Of a stretch of DNA of 32,000 bases, positions 15,772-23,667 are shown piece after piece. The notes under the pieces are model-generated. The model was not told where the DNA came from, did no database searches, and saw only the letters and a list, made by a program, of their open reading frames with translations. A program made the translations under genes and the position numbers. The first letter of the stretch is position 1; every line of letters starts with the position of its first letter. Source of the stretch: an uncultured Actinomycetes bacterium (GTDB lineage Bacteria; Actinomycetota; Actinomycetes; S36-B12; CAIYMF01); assembly GCA_963843975.1 (NCBI GenBank), contig CAWJMG010000003.1, forward strand, positions 2,580,001 through 2,612,000, written 5' to 3'.

Positions 15772-16689
15772 TCAGAGGTTCTCGAGCGCGCCCGTGCGAC
15801 GCACGGCGAGCAGGTACAGGACGATGACGGCGATCGGGAAGACGGCGGCCGCTGCGGCGAGCGGCAGGTTGTTCGCGACGCCGACGTTGTCGTAGATGAT
15901 GTTGGCCCACATCTGCGTGGTGCCACCGACGATCTTCACCATGATGTAGTCGCCGAGCGTCAGCGAGAAGGTGAAGATCGAGCCCGCGATGAGCGACGGC
16001 ACCAGCATCGGCAGGACGACGGTGCGGAACGTGTGGCCGGCCGAGGCGCCGAGGTCGGCGGAGGCCTCGAGCAGCGAGTTGGGCAGGCGCTCGAGACCGG
16101 CGTAGACCGGGAGCACCATGTACGGCAGCCAGAGGTAGGCGAGCGACATCGTCGTCGCGACGATGCCGAGGCCGGGCCCCTTGAGGCCGATCGGCTCGAG
16201 CATCCAGTCGATGACGCCGTTGTTGATGAACATCGTCTGCATCGCGTACCCCTTGACGAGGTAGCCGGCCCACAGCGGCATCGTCACGGCGATGACGAGC
16301 GCGTAGCGGACCTTGCGGCTGCGGACGACCTTCGCCGCGACGAACGCGATCGGCACCGCGAGCAGCATGTCGAAGAGCGTCACGAACACGGCGATGCCGA
16401 GCGTGCGCAGCGCGACGGTCCAGTAGACGGGGTTCGTCGCGAGGGTCTTGAAGTTGTTGAGGGTCGGCTGCTTGATCGTCTGGCCGGTGAACGTGTCGAC
16501 GGACCAGAACGCCGCGATCACCATGATCGCCAGCGACCCGAGGTAGAGCACGACGAGCCAGAGCATGGGCGCGGTGAGAAGACCCGCGAGCCTCAGCGTG
16601 GGCCGGCGGTAGAGGAAGGACGCGACGCCCCGGGACGGGCCCCCCTGAGAAGGGGGGCCCGCCACGGGTTGGGTCGAGAGAGCAGTCAT
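15772..16689 (-). CDS. polyamine-type ABC transporter permease (PotB-like), 305 aa
   Basis: ATG at 16689 (MTALSTQPVAG...) shares one base with the SBP stop (TGATG). The track ORF is fused to 342 upstream out-of-context codons. Confidence 0.85.
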   Translation of the reverse strand: MTALSTQPVAGPPSQGGPSRGVASFLYRRPTLRLAGLLTAPMLWLVVLYLGSLAIMVIAAFWSVDTFTGQTIKQPTLNNFKTLATNPVYWTVALRTLGIAVFVTLFDMLLAVPIAFVAAKVVRSRKVRYALVIAVTMPLWAGYLVKGYAMQTMFINNGVIDWMLEPIGLKGPGLGIVATTMSLAYLWLPYMVLPVYAGLERLPNSLLEASADLGASAGHTFRTVVLPMLVPSLIAGSIFTFSLTLGDYIMVKIVGGTTQMWANIIYDNVGVANNLPLAAAAAVFPIAVIVLYLLAVRRTGALENL

Positions 16690-17894
16690 CAGCCCTTGAT
16701 CTCGGTCCACGCCTGGACCCAGGCGCTGTAGTCCTTGCAGATCGCACCGCGGCCGTCGAGGCAGTCGGTGGTCGGCGTCGTCCAGTACGAGATGGAGTTT
16801 GCGTACGTGGCGTCGAGGGCGTGGTAGCCGTCGCAGAACGTCTTGTCCGAGGTCTCCTTGCAGGCCAGCGTCTGAGCCGGGGCCTCGCCGAACCACTCCG
16901 CCACCTGGGCGTTGATCTTCGGGGAGACGATCCAGTCCATCCACTTGTACATGCAGTTCGGGTGGGCGGCCTTGGACGCGATCATCCAGGTGTCCGACCA
17001 ACCGGTGGCGCCCTCGGTCGGGACGATCGAGTCGACCTTGACCTTGCCCTCGCCGTTGATGAGGTTGACGTTGATCTGCCACGCCGTGCCGATCACCGAC
17101 TCCTCGGCACCGAACGAGTTGACCTCGTCGGTGTACGCGGCCCAGTACTTGCTCACCAGGCCGCGCTGGGTCTTGAGCAGGTCGACGGCGGCCTGGAACT
17201 GCGCGTCGTCGAGCGCGTACGGGTTGGTGATCTTCAGCTCGGGCTTGGCCTTGGACAGGTACAGCGCCGCGTCCGCGATGTAGATCGGGGAGTCGTACGC
17301 CGTGATCTTGCCCTTGTACGGCGAGTTCGCGTCGAAGACCGCGGACCACGAGGTGGGGGCCGGCGAGACGGCAGCGGAGTTCCAGGCGAGGACGTTGGCG
17401 CCCCAGCCGTGCGGGATGCCGTAGGCCGTGCCGTTGACCGAGTTCCACTGCTTGAGCTTCAGGAACTCGGCGACCGTCTTGTAGTTGGGCACGAGGTCGG
17501 TGTTGACCGGGGCCACGTCGCCGCCGTAGATCAGGCGGAGCGAGGCGTCGCCGGACGCCGAGACGCCGTCGTACTGCCCGGTCTTCATGAGCGACACCAT
17601 CTCGTCGGAGGTGTTGCCGATCTTGACGTTGACCTTGCAGCCGGTGGCGGCGGTGAACGGGGTCACCCAGTCGACGGCCTTGTCGGTCGAGCCGTCCTCG
17701 GCGTAGCCCGCCCACGCGATGAGGTTGAGCTCGCCCTCGCCGTCACCGACGGCGGTGGCGGCGGTACCTGCGGGCGGGGTGGGGCGGGCGGTGCCGTTGC
17801 CACCGCTGCCGGACGAGCTGGAGCCGCAACCGGCAGCCACCAGGACGAGAGCCACACCCGTGGCTCCGACCTTGAGCAAGCGCGAGATCTGCAC
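16689..17894 (-). CDS. spermidine/putrescine-type ABC substrate-binding lipoprotein (PotD/PotF family), 401 aa
   Basis: Signal peptide with lipobox LVAAGC and a Ser/Gly linker. GTG 17894 with SD GGAGG. Solute-binding family-1 features by eye. Confidence 0.85.
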   Translation of the reverse strand: MQISRLLKVGATGVALVLVAAGCGSSSSGSGGNGTARPTPPAGTAATAVGDGEGELNLIAWAGYAEDGSTDKAVDWVTPFTAATGCKVNVKIGNTSDEMVSLMKTGQYDGVSASGDASLRLIYGGDVAPVNTDLVPNYKTVAEFLKLKQWNSVNGTAYGIPHGWGANVLAWNSAAVSPAPTSWSAVFDANSPYKGKITAYDSPIYIADAALYLSKAKPELKITNPYALDDAQFQAAVDLLKTQRGLVSKYWAAYTDEVNSFGAEESVIGTAWQINVNLINGEGKVKVDSIVPTEGATGWSDTWMIASKAAHPNCMYKWMDWIVSPKINAQVAEWFGEAPAQTLACKETSDKTFCDGYHALDATYANSISYWTTPTTDCLDGRGAICKDYSAWVQAWTEIKG

Positions 17895-17950
17895 CTGCTG
17901 CCTCCTTCTCTCTTCTCACCCCCTGGCGGGCTCGCCCGGGGAGCTGTGGT

Positions 17951-17970
17951 CCCGCACCGTTCGGTGCGGG
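17951..17970 (-). other. small intercistronic hairpin after the ATPase gene
   Basis: cccgcacc gttc ggtgcggg: an 8-bp stem with a tetraloop, 7 nt after the ATPase stop (17977). Confidence 0.35.
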
Positions 17971-17976
17971 GATGCG

Positions 17977-19041
17977 TCAGACCTGGACGCGGTACTCGTG
18001 GTCGCGACGCCACACCAGGCGCACGCGCATCCCGCGCATCTCGAGGACGTCGGACGACGTGCGGTGCACGTTCTGCTGCAGCGCCACGAGGCGGCCGCCG
18101 GCGTCGAGGTCGACGACGAAGCGGGTCGCGTCGCCGACGTAGATGACCTCGGCGACGGTGCCGTCGGCGCAGTGCTCGCCGTCGCCCACGGCCTGGTCGG
18201 GCTCGCCGAGGTGGATCTTCTCCGGGCGGACGCTGAACACACCCTCGAGGCCGAGCACCTTCAGCGCCGCCTCGCCGCGCAGGAGGTTGGAGGTGCCGAC
18301 GAAGCCCGCGACGAACTCGGTCGCGGGGCGCTCGTAGACCTCGGCCGCCGTGCCGACCTGCTCGATGCGCCCGGCGTTGAAGACCGCGATGCGGTCGCTC
18401 ATCGTCAGCGCCTCCTCCTGGTCGTGCGTCACGAAGACGAAGGTGATGCCGACCTCGCGCTGGATCGCCTTGAGCTCCACCTGCATCTGCTCGCGCAGCT
18501 TGAGGTCGAGGGCGCCGAGCGGCTCGTCGAGCAGCAAGACCTTCGGGCGGTTGACGAGGGCGCGGGCGAGCGCGACGCGCTGGCGCTGGCCGCCGGACAT
18601 CTCGGACGGCTTGCGGTCGCCGTACCCCTCGAGGCGGACGGCGGCGAGCGCCTCGGTGGCGCGACGGACGCGCTCGTCCTTCGCGACCTTCTTGACCTTG
18701 AGGCCGTACTCGACGTTCTGCTGCACGGTGAGGTGCGGGAAGAGCGCATAGTCCTGGAAGACGGTGTTGACGTCGCGGCTGAACGGCGGGAGCCGCGACA
18801 CGTCCGTGCCGGCGAGGTCGATCGAGCCCGCGGTCGGCAGCTCGAAGCCGGCGATCATGCGCAGCACGGTCGTCTTGCCCGAGCCCGAGGGACCGAGCAG
18901 CGTGAGGAACTCGCCGTCCGCGATGTCGAGGTCGACCGAGTCGACGGCGACGACGTCGCCGAAGGTCTTGCGCAGCCCGCGCAGGCGGATCGCGGGCAGC
19001 GACGCGTCAGCCGGAGCGTCAGGGGTCACGGTCACGGTCAT
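17977..19041 (-). CDS. spermidine/putrescine-type ABC transporter ATP-binding protein (PotA-like), 354 aa
   Basis: Walker [10 protein letters not shown], signature [15 protein letters not shown], Walker B LLLDEP, and a C-terminal regulatory/TOBE-like extension. Confidence 0.9.
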   Translation of the reverse strand: MTVTVTPDAPADASLPAIRLRGLRKTFGDVVAVDSVDLDIADGEFLTLLGPSGSGKTTVLRMIAGFELPTAGSIDLAGTDVSRLPPFSRDVNTVFQDYALFPHLTVQQNVEYGLKVKKVAKDERVRRATEALAAVRLEGYGDRKPSEMSGGQRQRVALARALVNRPKVLLLDEPLGALDLKLREQMQVELKAIQREVGITFVFVTHDQEEALTMSDRIAVFNAGRIEQVGTAAEVYERPATEFVAGFVGTSNLLRGEAALKVLGLEGVFSVRPEKIHLGEPDQAVGDGEHCADGTVAEVIYVGDATRFVVDLDAGGRLVALQQNVHRTSSDVLEMRGMRVRLVWRRDHEYRVQV

Positions 19042-19270
19042 GGGCGGGCTGGTCCTCGCGTGGCTCGGCGTACGGCGCAGCCAGGGGGCGCCCCGGTGCG
19101 CGCACAGGGGAGCACGACGTACCCGCGCCCCACGGTGTGAGGCGAACCTTAGCCACGTATCCGTCGTCAGATCGACGGGTGGGCACCGGATCCGTCGCGA
19201 TCGTGACCTAATCGTGCGAATTCAGCACTTTCGGACACGCGCCCGACACAGCCCGCTCACGCGCGAGCGC

Positions 19271-19483
19271 TCAGGCGGCGGGCGGCGCCGGGCGCAGAGC
19301 GGGGCGTCGGCGGGCGGATGCGGCAGCCGGGTCGTAGCGGTCGAGCTCTCCCCGGCGGACGGCCACGCCCTCGGGGGCCTCGATGCCGAGACGGACGAGG
19401 CCGGTCCGCGTGGTGATGACGGTGACGACGATGCGGTCGTCGAGCACGACGCTCTGGCCGTTGCTGCGGGCGAGCACGAGCAC
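19271..19483 (-). CDS. csrA: CsrA/RsmA-family RNA-binding post-transcriptional regulator homologue, 70 aa
   Basis: GTG at 19483 with GGAGG 6 nt upstream (ggacagGGAGGtctcccGTG). VLVLARSNGQSVVLDDRIVVTVITTRTGLVRLGIEAPEGVAVRRGEL aligns without gaps to E. coli CsrA residues 1-47 (about 17 identities by hand). High GC3. The track ORF (109 aa) is over-extended. Confidence 0.75.
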   Translation of the reverse strand: MLVLARSNGQSVVLDDRIVVTVITTRTGLVRLGIEAPEGVAVRRGELDRYDPAAASARRRPALRPAPPAA

Positions 19484-19608
19484 GGGAGACCTCCCTGTCC
19501 GACCCGGCCGGCGTGCGGCCGGGGTTCGTGCGCCCACGCCGAGGGTGCGGGTCCGGCGTACGCCGTTGCGCGCCACCTGGCCGGACGGCGCCACCCACAC
19601 GGGGCAGC

Positions 19609-19643
19609 GTCGAGCCCCCGGCCGAGGCGGCCGGGGGCTCGAC
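19609..19643 (-). terminator. perfect 16-bp hairpin after the hydrolase operon
   Basis: gtcgagcccccggccg agg cggccgggggctcgac, 9 nt downstream of the stop at 19652. Confidence 0.6.
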
Positions 19644-19651
19644 GTGGTCGA

Positions 19652-20701
19652 TCAGGCGCCGGCGAGGTGCTCCGCGAGCGCTGCCTGGAACTCCGCGGCC
19701 TTCTCCACCTGCGGGCTGTGACCGGCGTCGAGGACGACCTCGGTGTAGCGGCCGCCCGCGGCGGCGTAGCGGTCGAGCACGGCACGGGTCTGCGCGACCA
19801 TCGGCTGCGGCGGGGCGACGTCCTCGCCCGGCCAGCCGGGGATCGCGCCGAGCTTGCCCAGGGTGGCGAGGTCGAAGAGCGACTCGTCGCTCACGATCGC
19901 GTCCTTCGCGCCGCGCACCCACAGCACCGGGGGCTTGGTCGCGAGGTCGACGATGCCGCTCACCTCGTGGTGCTTCGGGACCATGGTGTTGAGCACGCCG
20001 CGGGTGCCCGCAGCGAAGCCCGGCCAGTTCTCCGACGGAACCAGGTCGCCGGGGTAGTTGTCGTCGCCCACGACGGTCGTGAGCATCGACTCGACGTACA
20101 CGTCCTCGAGCGCGGCCTTGAAGCCGTCGGCGAAGTAGTAGCCGTTCATGACGTTGCGCGGCGAGTTGGGCGACTCGCTGCCGGTGTCGCCCGCGAGCAG
20201 CGCCGCGACGAAGTCGGGGTTCGCGCCGCCGCCGCCGGCGCCGGGGTCGTCGTCGGCCACGCGGGTGCCGTCGAGGCCCTTGGTCGCACCGAAGCCGTAC
20301 GGCGACACCGGGTTCACCAGGATGAGCGAGGCCACGAGATCGGGTCGGTCGAGCAGCAGCTGCGACACGACGCCGCCGCCCATGCTCCAGCCGGCGATGT
20401 GCACGGGCCCGACCTCGAGCGCCTCGATCAGGGCTGCCACGTCGTCCGCGTAGTCGCGGAGTCCGCGGGTCGCGTCCACCGGCTTGGTCTCGCTCTCGCC
20501 GAAGCCGCGCAGATCGGGTGCGAACCCGCGATAGCCGTCCGGCAGGGCCAGGATCGTCTCCTGCCAGAAGAGCGACGAGCTCACGTTGCCGTGCACCAGC
20601 ACCACGGGTGCGCCCTCGTGCTTGCCGTCGGTGAGCACGGCCGTGCGCAGCCGCGGGGTGTCGACGTGGTGCAGATGGAGGCCGGGCAGCAGGTCGGTCA
20701 C
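19652..20701 (-). CDS. alpha/beta hydrolase, 349 aa
   Basis: GTG 20701 with GGAGA upstream. HGNVSS then the GWSMGG nucleophile elbow, and a long lid insertion. Confidence 0.85.
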   Translation of the reverse strand: MTDLLPGLHLHHVDTPRLRTAVLTDGKHEGAPVVLVHGNVSSSLFWQETILALPDGYRGFAPDLRGFGESETKPVDATRGLRDYADDVAALIEALEVGPVHIAGWSMGGGVVSQLLLDRPDLVASLILVNPVSPYGFGATKGLDGTRVADDDPGAGGGGANPDFVAALLAGDTGSESPNSPRNVMNGYYFADGFKAALEDVYVESMLTTVVGDDNYPGDLVPSENWPGFAAGTRGVLNTMVPKHHEVSGIVDLATKPPVLWVRGAKDAIVSDESLFDLATLGKLGAIPGWPGEDVAPPQPMVAQTRAVLDRYAAAGGRYTEVVLDAGHSPQVEKAAEFQAALAEHLAGA

Positions 20702-20714
20702 GATGTCTCCTGGC

Positions 20715-21596
20715 TCAGAGGGCGGGCGGGTTACGGATCTCGGCTACGACGACGTTCACGGCGTCCTGGTCGAAGATGATCGTGTAGTGGTTGACGTCGG
20801 GCACCTCGACGACGCGCAGCAGGGGCAGACGTGCCTCCCACTCCGCCGCCTCCTCGCGCGTGTACAGCGCCTCCGGCTGGTCGAGCAGGCCGCGCGGAGC
20901 GCGCAGCAGCACTGCCGGCACGCGCAGCCGCTCCAGCGCGGGGGTGAGCACGTCGGGCGAGAGCTGGGAGATCACGTCGTCGCGGACGAGGTCGCCGACC
21001 ACGCTGCTGACGAAGCCGCCGTCCACCTCGACCAGGTCGTAGTCGAAGTAGCCAGCCATCGCCTGGTCGATGCCGCCCGCGAATGCTGGGTGCTGGCGCC
21101 AGAAGTCGAGGTACGACGCCCGGGTGGGGAAGACGGTCGTGAGACGCGACAGTGCCGGTCCCAGCGTGATCTCCATGGTCTCCTCGGGCGTCTTCCCGGG
21201 GAGCGGGTACAGGGGCAGGCCGCCGTCGACGAGCACGAGGCGCTCGACGCGGTCCGGGTGGTCGTCGGCGAAGACGACCGAGGCGAGCGCCCCCATCGAG
21301 TGGCCGAGCACCACGGCGCGGTCGACGCCGGCGTCGTCGAGCAGGCGCGCGAGGTCGTCCGCGTGCTGGTGCAGGCCGGCGGGACCCGGCAGCCCGCGGC
21401 TCCGGCCACGGCCGCGCAGGTCGGGCGCCAGGATGTCGAGGTCGGGCGCTCCGGCAGCCACCGGGTTCCACGACCGGTGCGTTGCGGTCACGCCGTGCAC
21501 GGCCAGCACCGTGGTGCCGCCGGCGGCCTCGGGCGTCCAGCGGCCGGCGTGCAGCAGGCCGCCCCGCACGGGTGCCTCGAGCGTGGAGTACGTCAT
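20715..21596 (-). CDS. alpha/beta hydrolase, 293 aa
   Basis: ATG 21596 overlaps the bdhA stop (ATGA). GHSMGA elbow. The track ORF is over-extended by 228 codons. Confidence 0.85.
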   Translation of the reverse strand: MTYSTLEAPVRGGLLHAGRWTPEAAGGTTVLAVHGVTATHRSWNPVAAGAPDLDILAPDLRGRGRSRGLPGPAGLHQHADDLARLLDDAGVDRAVVLGHSMGALASVVFADDHPDRVERLVLVDGGLPLYPLPGKTPEETMEITLGPALSRLTTVFPTRASYLDFWRQHPAFAGGIDQAMAGYFDYDLVEVDGGFVSSVVGDLVRDDVISQLSPDVLTPALERLRVPAVLLRAPRGLLDQPEALYTREEAAEWEARLPLLRVVEVPDVNHYTIIFDQDAVNVVVAEIRNPPAL

Positions 21597-22345
21597 CGCG
21601 CCGTCCACCCGCCGTCCATGCTGACCGACGTGCCGGTGACCATCCCGGCCTCGGGGCCGGCCAGGTAGGCGACGAGCGCGGCCACCTCGCTCGGCTCGAC
21701 GAGCCGCTTGACCACGCTCTCGGTCAGCATGATGCGCTCCACCACCTCGGACTCCGGGATCCCGTGCACCGCAGCCTGCTCGGCGATCTGCTTCTCCACC
21801 AAGGGCGTGCGCACGTACGCCGGGTTGACGCAGTTCGACGTCACACCGTGCGGCCCGCCCTCGAGCGCCACGACCTTCGACAGCCCTTCGAGGGCGTGCT
21901 TCGCCGTGACGTACGCGCTCTTGTACGGCGAGGCCCGCAGACCGTGCGCCGACGAGATGTTCACGATGCGACCCCACCCGCGCTCGAACATGCCGGGCAG
22001 TGCAGCGCGGACGAGGAGGTACGGCGACTCGACCATGAGGCGCTGCATGAGGCGCCACACCTCGGGCGGGAACTCGTGCACCGGGTGGATGCGCTGGATG
22101 CCGGCGTTGTTGACGAGGACGTCGACGTCGGGGAGCTCCACCGTCTCGAGGGCTGCGGTGTCGGACAGGTCCACGACCCAGGTCGCGCCGCCGATCTCGG
22201 CGGCGACGCGGGCGGCGCCTGCGGCGTCGAGGTCGGCCACGGTGACGAGCGCGCCGTCGGCGGCGAGCCGTCGCGCGCACGCCTCACCGATGCCGCTCGC
22301 ACCGCCGGTGACGAGCGCCCGCCGTCCGGCGAGGGACCCTGCCAT
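21593..22345 (-). CDS. bdhA: 3-hydroxybutyrate dehydrogenase (SDR family), 250 aa
   Basis: TGGASGIG cofactor motif, catalytic YKSAYVTAKH, NNAGIQ, and the C-terminal VSMDGGWTAR typical of BdhA as I recall it. ATG 22345 is 6 nt after GGAGG; the GTG at 22348 is the alternative. Confidence 0.8.
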   Translation of the reverse strand: MAGSLAGRRALVTGGASGIGEACARRLAADGALVTVADLDAAGAARVAAEIGGATWVVDLSDTAALETVELPDVDVLVNNAGIQRIHPVHEFPPEVWRLMQRLMVESPYLLVRAALPGMFERGWGRIVNISSAHGLRASPYKSAYVTAKHALEGLSKVVALEGGPHGVTSNCVNPAYVRTPLVEKQIAEQAAVHGIPESEVVERIMLTESVVKRLVEPSEVAALVAYLAGPEAGMVTGTSVSMDGGWTAR

Positions 22346-22388
22346 CACGCACCTCCACCGGGCACGCTAGCCGAGGCCTCGACGCCGC

Positions 22389-22721
22389 TCACGACAACGG
22401 CAGCAGGTGCGACAGGTCGCTGCGCTCGCCGCTCGCGCGGACGCGGCCGTCGGCGACAGCGTCGGCCCAGGCGATGCGGCCGGTCGCGAGGCCGAGCCAG
22501 GTCGCCGCGTCGCACTCGACGACGGCCGGCGGCGTGCCCCGACGGTGGATTCCTCCGTCGACGGCCTGCACCGCGGCGTGCGGCGGCACGCGCACCTCGA
22601 CGGCACGACCGGGAGCCTTGGCCACGAGCTCCGCGAGCGAGGCCTTGACCACCGCGCGCACCGCGACGCGGTCGGGCGCCTCGCCCGCGTCCCAGGCGGC
22701 GAGCAGCTCGAGAGGGGTCAC
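22389..22721 (-). CDS. sterol-carrier (SCP2-like) family protein, 110 aa
   Basis: VEVRVPPHAAVQAVDGGIHRRGTPPAVVECDAATWLGLATG...GRVRASGERSDLSHLLPL matches the conserved actinobacterial 'sterol carrier family protein' pattern from memory. GTG 22721 with GGAGG 8 nt upstream. Confidence 0.65.
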   Translation of the reverse strand: MTPLELLAAWDAGEAPDRVAVRAVVKASLAELVAKAPGRAVEVRVPPHAAVQAVDGGIHRRGTPPAVVECDAATWLGLATGRIAWADAVADGRVRASGERSDLSHLLPLS

Positions 22722-22749
22722 GCCGCGATCCTCCCAGCCGTGAGGCCCG

Positions 22750-22822
22750 CCCCGCTCGCCCTGATCAATCCGTCGTTTCCCGCACCGGGAAACGACGGTT
22801 CGATCAGGTTCAGCGAGCGGGG
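22750..22822. repeat. palindromic intergenic repeat, copy B
   Basis: Core 22761-22814, ctgatcaatccgtcgtttcccgcaccgggaaacgacggttcgatcaggttcagc. Outer 10-bp perfect stem ccccgctcgc (22750-22759) / gcgagcgggg (22813-22822). It overlaps the last codons and the TGA (22810-22812) of the upstream hydrolase gene. Confidence 0.75.
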
Positions 22823-23667
22823 GCCTGACCCCAGGCGGGGAGGTCGGCGGCGAAGGCGAGGACGGTGTCGAGGACGCGCTCCCAGCCGCGGTCGAGCATG
22901 ACGTCGTGGCCCATGCCCGGGAACCACTGCGGCTCGACGCCGTGCAGGTCGGCCGTGCGCTGGACGTCGGCCGGGCGCACGAGCCGGTCCGACGGCGTGC
23001 CGATCACGAGCACCGGGCAACGGATCGGGCCGACCTTGCGCGGCAGCAGCAGCTCCCACTGCACCAGCGGCGACTCCGTCTGGGTGCGGTCGGAGTAGCG
23101 GCGCGCGGTGTCGGCGTCGAGGCCCTCGAACAGGATCTCCGGCTCCATCGACAGCGTGCGGCCGACCACGGCGCCGAGGGCGTCGCCCGGGCGGTCCTTC
23201 GCGATCTCGAGCAGGTCGCCGACCGCGGCGTGCAGCGGTGCGGGCGTGAGCAGCACGAGCCCGCGCAGCGGATACCGCTCGGCCACGAGCTGCGCGACGA
23301 TCGCGCCCATCGAGTGGCCGATGAGCACGGGCGGCTCGGGCAGCTCGGTGATCGTCTGCATCACGTCGTGCACGTAGTCGCGCGTGAGCGTCGTACGCAG
23401 GTGCCGGGCCCCGGCCGAGCCGCCGTGCCCGCGCAGGCTCACGGCGTACGACGGCCAGCCCTGCGCGGCTGCCGCGGGCAGCCAGTTCTCCTCGAAGCAC
23501 CAGGCCGCGTGCGCCACGCCGTGGACCATGAGCAGCGGCGGCCTGCCCGTGTCGCCCTCGGGCAGCGCGGAGACCACCTCGCGGTGGCTCACGGGCCGCG
23601 ACGGGAACGACCAGTCCCACGGACGCATCGCAAGCGTGCCGCGACGGGAGCGGGCAGCGGGGCTCAC
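22810..23667 (-). CDS. alpha/beta hydrolase, about 285 aa
   Basis: GHSMGA elbow. The preferred start is GTG 23667 (SD GGAG 5 nt upstream, GTGA overlap with the FMO stop). The alternative ATG 23628 lacks an SD. Confidence 0.8.
   Translation of the reverse strand: MSPAARSRRGTLAMRPWDWSFPSRPVSHREVVSALPEGDTGRPPLLMVHGVAHAAWCFEENWLPAAAAQGWPSYAVSLRGHGGSAGARHLRTTLTRDYVHDVMQTITELPEPPVLIGHSMGAIVAQLVAERYPLRGLVLLTPAPLHAAVGDLLEIAKDRPGDALGAVVGRTLSMEPEILFEGLDADTARRYSDRTQTESPLVQWELLLPRKVGPIRCPVLVIGTPSDRLVRPADVQRTADLHGVEPQWFPGMGHDVMLDRGWERVLDTVLAFAADLPAWGQAPAR

Noticed and set aside
18764-20779. 671-aa plus-strand ORF spanning potA, csrA and a hydrolase
   Set aside because: It crosses intergenic hairpins and three minus-strand genes. 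Its composition is typical of antisense high-GC frames.
22795-22812. tRNA-like T-arm word (cggttcgatcagg) in repeat copy B
   Set aside because: There is no acceptor, D or anticodon arm around it. It is part of the palindromic repeat, and copy A has gattgatcagg instead. No tRNA is present.
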